Assembly (NCBI GenBank): GCA_002269645.1
Contig: NIVC01000200.1
Location: 434,001 to 498,000 of the forward strand
DNA: 64,000 nucleotides
Source of the DNA: Macrostomum lignano
Lineage: Eukaryota
Direction of reading: 5' to 3'
Positions within the stretch are counted from its first letter, which is position 1. Every line of letters starts with the position of its first letter. Position numbers and translations under genes: made by a program. Below the pieces are notes generated by a model. The model saw only the letters and a list, made by a program, of their open reading frames with translations. It made no database searches and was not told the origin of the DNA. Shown piece after piece: positions 25,601 to 36,125 of this stretch.

Positions 25601-28307
25601 CATTCTCAGATTGCTATAAAGCAGGGGTCAGCAAACTCCGGCCCGTGGTCCACATGCCGCCCGCGAAGCCTCTCTATCTGGCCCACGGGTCAATTGAAAC
25701 CTCGCAATAGCAATCCGGCCAGCTCAAGGTTTGTGTTCTCTCTCCTATCCCCTCTCCCCTCTCCACTCTCCTCTCCCCTCTCCACTCTCCACTCTCCTAT
25801 CCCCTCTCCCCTCTCCACTCTCCTCTCCCCTCTCCCTCTCCACTCTCCTCTCCCCTCTCCACTCCCTCTCTCATATCCCCTCTCCCCTCTCCACTCTCCT
25901 ATCCCCTCTCCCCTCTCCACTCTCCTATCCCCTCTCCCCTCTCCACTCTCCTCTCCCCTCTCCACTCCCCTCTCTCATATCCCCTCTCCCCTCTCCACTC
26001 TCCTATCCCCTCTCCCCTCTCCACTCTCCTATCCCCTCTCCCCTCTCCACTCTCCTATCCCCTATCCCTCTCCACTCTCCTATCCCCTATCCCCTCTCCA
26101 CTCTCCTATCCCCTATCCCCTCTCCACTCTCCTATCCCCTCTCCCCTCTCCCCTCTCTCATATCCCCTCTCCCCTCTCCACTCTCCTATCCCCTCTCCCC
26201 TCTCCACTCCCCTCTCTCATATCCCCTCTCCCCTCTCCACTCTCCTATCCCCTCTCCCCTCTTCACTCTCATCTCCCCTCTCCACTCTCCTGTCCCCTCT
26301 CCCCTCTCCTGTCCCCTCTCCCCTCTCCACTCTCCTATCCCCTCTCCCCTCTCCCCCTCTCCACTCTCCTCTCTCCTATCCCCTCTCCCCTCTCCACTCT
26401 CCTATCCCCTCTCCCCTCTCCACTCCCCTCTCTCATATCCCCTCTCCCCTCTCCACTCTCCTATCCCCTCTCCCCTCTCCACTCTCCTATTCCCTATCCC
26501 CTCTCCACTCTCCTATCCCCTATCCCCTCTCCACTCTCCTATCCCCTATCCCCTCTCCACTCTCCTATCCCCTCTCCCCTCTCCCCTCTCTCATATCCCC
26601 TCTCCCCTCTCCACTCTCATATCCCCTCTCCCCTCTCCACTCCCCTCTCTCATATCCCCTCTCCCCTCTCCACTCTCCTATCCCCTCTCCCCTCTTCACT
26701 CTCATCTCCCCTCTCCACTCTCCTGTCCCCTCTCCCCTCTCCTGTCCCCTCTCCCCTCTCCACTCTCCTATCCCCTCTCCCCTCTCCACTCCCCTCTCTC
26801 ATATCCCCTCTCCCCTCTCCACTCTCCTATCCCCTCTCCCCTCTCCACTCTCATATCCCCTCTCCCCTCTCCACTCTCCTATCCCCTCTCCCCTCTCCCC
26901 TCTCCACTCTCCTATCCCCTCTCTCCTCTCCCCCTCTCCACTCTCCTCTCTCCTATCCCCTCTCCCCTCTCCACTCTCCTATCCCCTATCCCCTCTCCAC
27001 TCTCCTCTCCCCTCTCCCCTCTCCACTCCCCTCTCTCATATCCCCTCTCCCCTCTCCACTCTCCTATCCCCTCTCCCCTCTCCACTTTCCTATCCCCTCT
27101 CCCCTCTCCACTCTCCTATCCCCTATCCCCTCTCCACTCTCCTATCCCCTATCCCCTCTCCACTCTCCTATCCCCTCTCCCCTCTCCACTCCCCTCTCTC
27201 ATATCCCCTCTCCCCTCTCCACTCTCCTATCCCCTCTCCCCTCTCCCCCTCTCCACTCTCCTCTCTCCTATCCCCTCTCCCCTCTCCCCCTCTCCACTCT
27301 CCTATCCCCTCTCCCCTCTCCCCCTCTCCCCTCTCCACTCTCCTATCCCCTCTCCCCTCTCCCCCTCTCCACTCTCCTATCCCTCTCCCCTCTCCCCCTC
27401 TCCACTCTCCTATCCCCTTTCCCCTCTCCCCCTCTCCACTCTCCTCTCTCCTATCCCCTCTCCCCCTCTCCACTCTCCTATCCCCTCTCCCCAATCCCCT
27501 CTCTCTTCCCCCCTCTTCTCTCTCCCCTCTATTTCCCTCTCCTCACTCCCTTCTCCCTCTGTCCCTCTCTCTTCTCTTCCTTCTATCGTCTCTCCCCTGT
27601 TTCCTCATCTTGTTTTGTTTCTTATCTCTTCTATTCCCCTCCTTTCTTCTCTCAACTGGCCCCGCAGCCATGAGCTGGATTGTTCATCGGGCCCTTGAGG
27701 TAAAAAAAGTTAGCCTATCCCTGAGAATGGTTTAAAACCCATTCTCAAGTTTCGGTTTCTAAGAATTAATCCTTTTTAAAACACCCGCCCTCTCTTCTCA
27801 ATTTCAGTCGCCCAGTCAAAGCCGCCACCGACGCCAGACTCCCCGGCTGCCGTTCTGCCCCAGCCGCGCCTTCTGCACGCCGAACCCCTGCCAGATGATG
27901 ATGGATCTTTGAAATATCGCCTGCAATGGGATTTAAATTGGACAGAATTGCACTGCCCAGTGAGTCACAATGCTCATGAGGATAATCTAGGCATGGATTA
28001 TCCAGCCGCCTACGAGATCTGGTTGTGCCCGCTGTGGCCAGGTGTCTGTCAAGCCGATTCTAAATGGCTGTGCGCTGGTCGCATTGGCCCCCTACCTCCG
28101 CCTGTGTGCTGCATCATTGCCTGCCCGTCTGCCTCTAGTAGGAATACTACTGATAGTAATGAGAATGAGTCGCTGTCAGGTGGAGGCAAAAGCAAGACTG
28201 CTACTTTGCTAGCTCGAAATCTGCTAGTCAATTTCGCTGTGCGAGCTTTGGATTCGAAACATCGACCGGGGGTCTGGAGCCGCGTGTTCAGTCTGGGCGT
28301 CAAGTGA
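22670..28307 (+). CDS. ATF7IP/MCAF1/Windei-like protein: long disordered N-terminus, coiled coil, C-terminal FN3-like domain; ~1128 aa, exons 22670-25556 and 27808-28307
   Basis: Last exon has LPQP.., WLCAGRIGPLPPPVCC and NFAVRALDSKHRPG, which resemble the ATF7IP FN3 motifs WKKIGEVKALPLPMAC and YFAVRAKD..GRFG. Phase-1 donor GAA G|GTTTCT matches acceptor TTTCAG|TC. The donor is weak, so an alternative junction is possible. Confidence 0.65.
23838..24620 (+). repeat. Coding 51-bp tandem repeat (17 aa, SEGVTAARPRSESESRQ) x15 plus a partial unit
   Basis: In frame within the long ORF; 15 complete units counted in the translation. Confidence 0.93.
25622..27723 (+). mobile_element. Non-autonomous hAT (Charlie/MER58-like) element whose interior is an expanded CT-rich repeat (~25735-27650)
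   Basis: Left end CAGGGGTCAGCAAACTCCGGCCCG; right end AGTTAGCCTATCCCCTG is an imperfect inverted match. No 8-bp TSD was found. Confidence 0.6.
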
Positions 28308-28434
28308 CCCGTTGGCTAAGTGGTTGGCGTTCTGCTGTTTAAACTTTAGTAAATTTACTTTACTATAAGCTGAATCATTTTGTATTGTGACTTTGTTTAA
28401 GGGTAGCTTTGGAAAACTAGAAAGAGGCACCACC

Positions 28435-30370
28435 GCCAGCCTCCCAGATCCTCAGTTGCTGGGCCAGCCTCCCAGATTCTTAGTTGCTGGGCCAGCCTCC
28501 CAGATCCTCAGTTGCTGGGCCAGCCTCCCAGATCCTCAGTTGCTGGGCCAGCCTCCCAGTTCCTCAGTTGCTGGGCCAGCCAGCCTCCCAGATCCTCAGT
28601 TGCTGGGCCAGCCTCCCAGATCCTCAGTTGCTGGGCCATCAGCCTCCCAGATCCTCAGTTGCTGGGCCAGCCTCCCAGATCCTCAGTTGCTGGGCCATCA
28701 GCCTCCCAGATCCTCAGTTGCTGGGCCAGCCTCCCAGTTCCTCAGTTGCTGGGCCACCAGCCTCCCAGATCCTCAGTTGCTGGGCCAGCCAGCCTCCCAG
28801 ATCCTCAGTTGCTGGGCCAGCCTCCCAGATTCTTAGTTGCTGGGCCATCAGCCTCCCAGATCCTCAGTTGCTGGGCCAGCCTCCCAGATCCTCAGTTGCT
28901 GGGCCATCAGCCTCCCAGATCCTCAGTTGCTGGGCCAGCCTCCCAGTTCCTCAGTTGCTGGGCCACCAGCCTCCCAGATCCTCAGTTGCTGGGCCAGCCA
29001 GCCTCCCAGATCCTCAGTTGCTGGGCCAGCCTCCCAGATCCTCAGTTGCTGGGCCAGCCTCCCAGATCCTCAGTTGCTGGGCCAGCCTCCCAGATCCTCA
29101 GTTGCTGGGCCAGCCTCCCAGATCCTCAGTTGCTGGGCCAGCCTCCCAGATCCTCAGTTGCTGGGCCAGTCTCCCAGTTCCTCAGTTGCTGGGCCACCAG
29201 CCTCCCAGATCCTCAGTTGCTGGGCCAGCCAGCCTCCCAGATCCTCAGTTGCTGGGCCAGCCAGCCTCCCAGATCCTCAGTTGCTGGGCCAGCCTCCCAG
29301 ATCCTCAGTTGCTGGGCCAGCCTCCCAGATCCTCAGTTGCTGGGCCAGCCTCCCAGATCCTCAGTTGCTGGGCCAGCCTCCCAGTTCCTAAGTTGCTGGG
29401 CCAGCCAGCCTCCCAGATCCTCAGTTGCTGGGCCAGCCTCCCAGTTCCTCAGTTGCTGGGCCACCAGCCTCCCAGATCCTCAGTTGCTGGGCCAGCCTCC
29501 CAGATTCTTAGTTGCTGGGCCATCAGCCTCCCAGATCCTCAGTTGCTGGGCCAGCCTCCCAGATCCTCAGTTGCTGGGCCATCAGCCTCCCAGATCCTCA
29601 GTTGCTGGGCCAGCCTCCCAGTTCCTCAGTTGCTGGGCCACCAGCCTCCCAGATCCTCAGTTGCTGGGCCAGCCAGCCTCCCAGATCCTCAGTTGCTGGG
29701 CCAGCCTCCCAGATTCTTAGTTGCTGAGCCATCAGCCTCCCAGATCCTCAGTTGCTGGGCCAGCCTCCCAGATCCTCAGTTGCTGGGCCATCAGCCTCCC
29801 AGGTCCTCAGTTGCTGGGCCAGCCTCCCAGTTCCTCAGTTGCTGGGCCACCAGCCTCCCAGATCCTCAGTTGCTGGGCCAGCCAGCCTCCCAGATCCTCA
29901 GTTGCTGGGCCAGCCTCCCAGATCCTCAGTTGCTGGGCCAGCCTCCCAGATCCTCAGTTGCTGGGCCAGCCTCCCAGATCCTCAGTTGCTGGGCCAGCCT
30001 CCCAGATCCTCAGTTGCTGGGCCAGCCTCCCAGATCCTCAGTTGCTGGGCCAGCCTCCCAGTTCCTCAGTTGCTGGGCTGCCAGCCTCCCAGATCCTCAG
30101 TTGCTGGGCCATCAGCCTCCCAGATCCTCAGTTGCTGGGCCAGCCTCCCAGATCCTCAGTTGCTGGGCCAGCCTCCCAGATTCTTAGTTGCTGGGCCATC
30201 AGCCTCCCAGATCCTCAGTTGCTGGGCCAGCCTCCCAGATCCTCAGTTGCTGGGCCAGCCTCCCAGTTCCTCAGTTGCTGGGCCAGCCTCCCAGATCCTC
30301 AGTTGCTGGGCCAGCCTCCCAGATCCTCAGTTGCTGGGCCAGCCTCCCAGATCCTCAGTTGCTGGGCCGC
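28435..30370. repeat. ~28-bp minisatellite (CAGCCTCCCAGATCCTCAGTTGCTGGGC)n with +3/+4-nt variants
   Basis: Direct repeat downstream of the ATF7IP-like stop; it generates all the LGQPPRSSVAGP-type ORFs. Confidence 0.97.
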
Positions 30371-32033
30371 CCAAGTAGCAAGTCAAAGCATGTAAAATGC
30401 TTCAGAAAAAACTCATCAAGTGTTCCTTCATTTCACTGCGCCTCATTGGAATTTGTCAGCTGTTCTATTTTTTTTCACTTTGTGTCCGCAATGCTAGCGG
30501 AACAATTATTATAACAATTATTTTTATTGCAATTGACTAAATTTGAGCTTTCTGTCATGGCTGGGCTTCAATAAGCGGGGCAGGTAATGCAGCTTTTTTA
30601 TAGTAATCTCGTGCAGATTAATTTAGTTCATGCTTACGTGTCTTTCAAGACCAATTAACTGTGCGATACAGTGTCATTATATTTACTGTCACAATGTTCA
30701 TCGATTATATAGCTTTCTAAATTTACCTAGCTAACCAATATTTACTTCTAGTAGTAGTAGCAGCAGTAGTTAGTAGTACTTGTAGTAATATACACAATTT
30801 TAGTTGCTTATGAAAGTTTGTCGTGGTTTTGTAAATAGTACATGTATAATTTGTTTGCGTTTTGTAATGCATTTTTAATTAATCACATCTGTTTATATAA
30901 TCTATGTTGGTAATCATTTTTAGTCGGAAAATATGTTTCTAATACATGAAAAGCATGGACATCAACCACAGCAGTTTAGAACCTTGAATTTTAAACAAAT
31001 AAATGCATTTATACTTTAAATATATAAATTCAATTAATAATAGCAAATTCCTAAATATTTTGCTTAAAATTCACAAATTTAGTAACATTTATTACAGTTC
31101 AAAAAAGCTTGTTACTTGTTCATTTACCAGTTGTTTCAAATTTTAATTCACATGTCCTTTACAGCTACTTAAAGTAGATGCACATATTTAAATTCGATAA
31201 AACGGTGCTTGAAGACAAATACGAGCCGTATTTTATTGTAATTTCCAAGAAAAAGCTTACCATAACTTTGTCAGTAAAAAATAAGAATTATTATATATTT
31301 TGAAATGTCAACAAAAGGTCACAAAAAGTTGTTACGCATTAATTTAATCTAGCAATAGAAGGTTACAATTTACAATCAATTTTGCGAAGAATATTACTAG
31401 CTATTACATGGAACATGTACTTTAGTAGTCATTAAAATTTGAAAGCTCAATTAATAATTAAGCACAATAATATTGACTTTACGGAAGTAAATGTCAACAG
31501 AGCGAGTAGAATCAGTTAGTCTATCGATTGCAATGGATTTAACGCTAATAGATAACAAGCAAAGTCTAAGTAAGAGGACAACCCGATATGTTGTGTAAAC
31601 AACTTAATAAGGCAATTTTTTCTATAAAATAGTCTAGGTTTAATAAAGAGCGCACCAACAAGTACGTTACTTAAAATCTAGTTACTCTAATGAACTAGTA
31701 TTGCGAGCAGTCCCTTACTAACAGAATAAATCTCAAACGTTCGATTATTCTTATTAGCTCGTAATATGCATGCATAAACGAATCAAGTTCTGGTTTATAA
31801 AAAGTTCAACGACAACACGTGAAAACATTTCGTAGAAAAAGGCAACACCGAGAATGAACAGAAAATAAATACCTTGATAAGCGCCGCTGAATACTCGTAG
31901 TTTTTTTAAACGAAAAAGCTATCAAAATACGAGAAAAACAGTATCTCAATAGGCAGCAATGCGTGCAGTGTATGCTACTTACTATAAGTAGACGCATTGC
32001 GTTGTGTTTTTTCTTTAATAATAGGCTTCCTGC

Positions 32034-32235
32034 CTACGTGTGCCTGGGTTCATCGGGCACAGGGGCGAATTCCGGAAAGCAGATGTCGGGTCTGTCGCCG
32101 TTTAGCAGCTCGTTCTCGTCCTCGGTCAGTCGCCTGCGGCCTAATTGACAGCATTTAGAAAAACTTAAAAGCATTTTGATTTTACAGTAGACAGCTAAAA
32201 ACAGACAGTCAGACAGTCAGACAGACTCGACAGTC

Positions 32236-32286
<51 letters not shown>

Positions 32287-32319
32287 GAGACAGACAGACA
32301 GACAGATAGACAGACAGAC

Positions 32320-32382
<63 letters not shown>

Positions 32383-32501
32383 GACAGACAGACAGACGGA
32401 CAGACAGACAAACGGACAGACAGACAGACAGACAGACACACAGACAGAGACAGACAGACAGACAGACAGGCAGACAGACAGACAGAGACAGACAGACAGG
32501 C

Positions 32502-32536
<35 letters not shown>

Positions 32537-32567
32537 GAGAGACAGACAGACAGACAGAGACAGACAG

Positions 32568-32632
<65 letters not shown>

Positions 32633-35401
32633 TAGGCTATTAAAAACCCGATAATCAAAGAACGCAGTCACCTTCGTGCCTGGCGATGAACAGCTGGGTG
32701 ACTCTCGAGGACAGCTGTAAGGCCTCCCTGGGCTCCAGGGCGTGAGTCAGGCCCATCCGCTTGGAGAGCCAGAAAGCCGCGTACAGACCCGAGTCTGACT
32801 GGGCAGCGTGGTTGGTGCCGCTGCGGAATGGTGGTAAGAAAGGAGCAGATTAAGACAGGGCGATTTTCAGGGACGGATTGGGGCGGTTCTTCGAGGTGGA
32901 TTAACACAGGAGCGGCTCTTAGAGGCGGATTAATTCAGGGGGCGGCTCTTAGAGGCGGATTAATTCAGGGGGCGGCTCTTAGAGATGGAACAAATACAAC
33001 ACAACAAGATTTCCATAAACTCACCGAATAGTAAGAACGGTAGACATTCCCATACTCAAACCGGGCGACTCCAGGACCTCTCTAGCCCTGGCCACGTTGG
33101 TCACCCAGTGAAAATGCTCATTATTCAGAAATAGCACGGGGACTTTGAGCTTCCTGTAGAGCTCAGGATCCACTGGGTGCATCCATACATCGTGTAGAGA
33201 GCAGGTTCTGCATGAAAGGTAGAATAGTTTTTTGAGAAAAAAATACGTACATGTATACGGTGAATGCTCAATTTACTTTACTATAAGTAGACAAATTAGT
33301 CACTTATTTATATTTAATTGATTGGATTATAGGGCTGACACTCACTGATAGAGTCCCTCCGGTGCTGTGATTGCGGCGGTGAGAGCTGTGGCCGCGCCGA
33401 ACGAATGGCCCATGATGTGAATTCGATTCGTGTCTATTCGATCCTAAAAAGTTCAAATAGAATATCAATGAAGTGTACATTTTTGTAGGATTGACAGACA
33501 ATAACCTACGTTTGAAATTTCTTACATTGATATTTTTAACGTATTGGACATCTCGGTGCCGATTTAGTTGCTAAGGGCATTGATTTGGTTGCTACGGAAA
33601 TTTATTTGGTTATTCTTCGGACATTGATTTAGTTGCTAGGGTCATTTATTTGGTTGCTAGGATCACTGAATTGGTTTCTTCGGCCATTGGTTTAGTTGCT
33701 AAGTTGTCTCATCTTGGTTGCTACTGCTAGGGTGAGCTACATGTATTTTGGTTGCTACGGTCACCGAATTGGTTTCTATGGTCGTTGATTTGGTTGCTAG
33801 GGTCACCGAGTTGGTTGCTATGGTCATTTATTTGGTTGCTACGGTCACCGAATTGGTTGCTACGGTCACCGAATTGGTTGCTATGGTCGTTGATTTGGTT
33901 TCTATTGTCACCGAATCGGTTGCTATGGTCATTGAATCTGTTGCTAGGGTCACCGAATCAGTTGCTTGATCATTGATTTGGTTGCTAGGGTCACCGAATT
34001 GGTTGTATGGTCAATGATCTAGCTACCAGTGCCACCAATTTGCCTTTCAAGTACATTAAGTTGAGAGATTTGGCAGCTTCAGGCACCAAACCAACTCTCT
34101 GTTACTAGCCAGAAGTCTCACCTTAAACTGGGCCAACAACCAGTCGAACTGTTTTCCCGTACAGCCTGGCATCCAATTGCTGACTGCCTGACCTCTGTGC
34201 AGCCTCAGCATCGTGTCAGTCAGCTGAATGGCTTCAGCTGCCCGATGCCGAACCTGCTTGTTTCTATACGGATAATCGCTTAAAACATGCTTCTCATAGT
34301 GCAGCCAGACTCTCTGCTCTTCTTGCTGCTTTCTGAGCCTCTTTAAATCGGCCTTGTCGATTACAGTTGTCGCTGTCGCTTCCGCATCGACGCTATCGCC
34401 GTCGTAGCTGGCGCTTACAGCTTCTGGTAGGAAGAAGCTGCAAGAGCCAGACCCGTCCCTGTGCTCAACTGAGGCAACTATGAAGCCGTGAGATGCCAAG
34501 TCCAGACAGATGGCCGAGTACACATGTCTTTGACCGCCCAGGCCGTGCGAGAATATTATCATGGGTAGGCGTTGTTTCTGCTGCTTCTGTGGTTGCTGCT
34601 CTTGATTGCTCGGCGATGTTGCCGCATCTGCTGGTTCTGCTTTTAGAGGCAAGGGGTGATGACCTTGAAACCAATCTGGGAAAGATGTCCTACTGGTAAA
34701 TGACCTTGAAATCAATCTGGGGGGTTTCCCAAACGACCCTGAAATCAATCTGGGGGGTTTCCAATAAATGAACTTGAAATCAATCTGGAGGCGTACATGT
34801 ACGTTCTCATAAAAAACCTTGAAATCAATCTGGGGGGGGTTTCCAAATGACCCTGAAATCAATCTGGGGGGTTTCCTATAAATGACCTTGAAATCAATCT
34901 TGAGGCGTACGTTCTCATAAAAAAACCTTGAAATCAACTTGGAGGGGGTTTCTAAATGCATGACCTTGACATTAATCTACAGTAGAAGAGTTTGAAATTA
35001 AACGACCTTGAAATCAGCCAATCAACAACGAAGTCAATCTCGAAAAGTGCTTTCTAAAATGACCTTGAAATTTACAAACGACAGACTCGCTCGCCTAACT
35101 TACCCGATTGTTCCAGCTTCACCCAATCATTATTATCGTCAGCTCCGATCAATGGCGCATGCCAGGCGCAACAGAGTCGCAGCCGACTTGCCGCCCAAGC
35201 AAAGAAGCCGCGCAACCAGCGACTCCAATGTAGAAAGTCCAACAGACCGTGAACGTACTCAGGCTCAGTGTACCGATGCCCGTTCTCCACCGGGGTTTCT
35301 GTTGGATAGTAGATTCTAGCTAGAACGCCTGACGTGCCGCATTCCGTAAGTAAGTCAAAGGCCCCCACATTGTGGGCACCGCTTGGTTGATAGACGAAAT
35401 T
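32034..35401 (-). CDS. Platelet-activating factor acetylhydrolase (PLA2G7/PAFAH2 family); exons 35401-35104, 34663-34122, 33443-33346, 33207-33025, 32820-32672, 32140-32034; start exon not located
   Basis: Motifs [39 protein letters not shown], nucleophile GHSFG, acid LHDVWMHP and RGTNH give an intact Ser-Asp-His triad. All five junctions are GT-AG and phase-consistent (1,0,2,2,1). Confidence 0.9.
32205..32635. repeat. Intronic (GACA)n microsatellite
   Basis: Direct observation. Confidence 0.95.
33560..34020. repeat. Intronic degenerate ~21-bp repeat (GTTGCTAGGGTCACCGAATTG-like)
   Basis: Direct observation. Confidence 0.8.
34661..35075. repeat. Intronic GACCTTGAAATCAATCT-containing tandem repeat; a related array lies at 35450-35672
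   Basis: Units recur about every 35-40 bp in two introns of the PAF-AH gene. Confidence 0.85.
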
Positions 35402-35753
35402 CTGAAGGTTAAAACAAAAAATTAATAGTACTAGGAAAATTTTCTAAATGACCTTGGAATCGATCTGGGAAAGTTTCCTTAAATGACCTTGATAGCAATC
35501 TGAGAAAGTTTCCCTAATTGACCTTGAAATCGAGCTGGGAAATTTTCCCTAAATGAACTTAAAATCAAGCTGGGAAAGTTTCCCCAAATTACCTTGAAAT
35601 CGATCTGGGAAAGTTTCCCTAAATTACCTTGAAATCGATCTGGAAAAGTTTCCTTAATTGACCTTGAAATCAAGAAAGTTCAGGACTGCTGTACACCATA
35701 GGTGAGCGTATGTGTGCCTACATACGAGTAAGTACAGTATTTGTGTGCGTTCT

Positions 35754-36125
35754 GAGGGGTCAGCTAGAACTGACGTGACTGCTCTGCTTCCTCGAGCGCC
35801 TGAGATTCGCGACAGTGGCCTGTAAAGTCTCCTGCGAACTCACGAACTGGATAACAAACTGACTGGCCTCTCTGTCCAGACCTCGGGTCCTTTGAAACTT
35901 TACAATAACAATTCGGCCCGCTTAAGGTTTGTCTCTTCTCAGCTCTCCTCTCTTCTCACCTATCTCTTCTCCTCTCCCCTCCTCTCTTCTCCTCTCCTCT
36001 TCTCTCCTTGGCTCTCCGTTCTCATATCTCTCTTCTCTATTCTATCTCCACCCCCCCTATGACCGACAGTCCTGCGCTAGATTCTCTATCTGGCCTTCGA
36101 GGTAAAAGAGTTTGCCGACCCCCTG
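35754..36125 (+). mobile_element. Degenerate hAT-like element with CT-rich interior, related to 25622-27723
   Basis: Right end GGCCTTCGAGGTAAAAGAGTTTGCCGACCCCCTG is clear; left end GAGGGGTCAGCTAGAACT is only a partial match. Confidence 0.45.

Noticed and set aside
25557-27698. SPLSTLLSPLP-type extension of the 1673-aa ORF and the overlapping 655-aa ORF
   Set aside because: A stop-free CT-rich repeat inside an intronic hAT-like element; the real gene most likely splices at 25556.
28387-30514. Multiple long ORFs, and a CRISPR-like look from palindromic ~28-bp repeats
   Set aside because: Units are contiguous with no unique spacers, there are no cas genes, and the context is eukaryotic; the ORFs are repeat artefacts.
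20411-35401. Tafazzin plus PAF-AH as a phospholipid-remodelling cluster
   Set aside because: They are separated by an unrelated gene, lie on opposite strands and act in different compartments; there is no evidence beyond adjacency.
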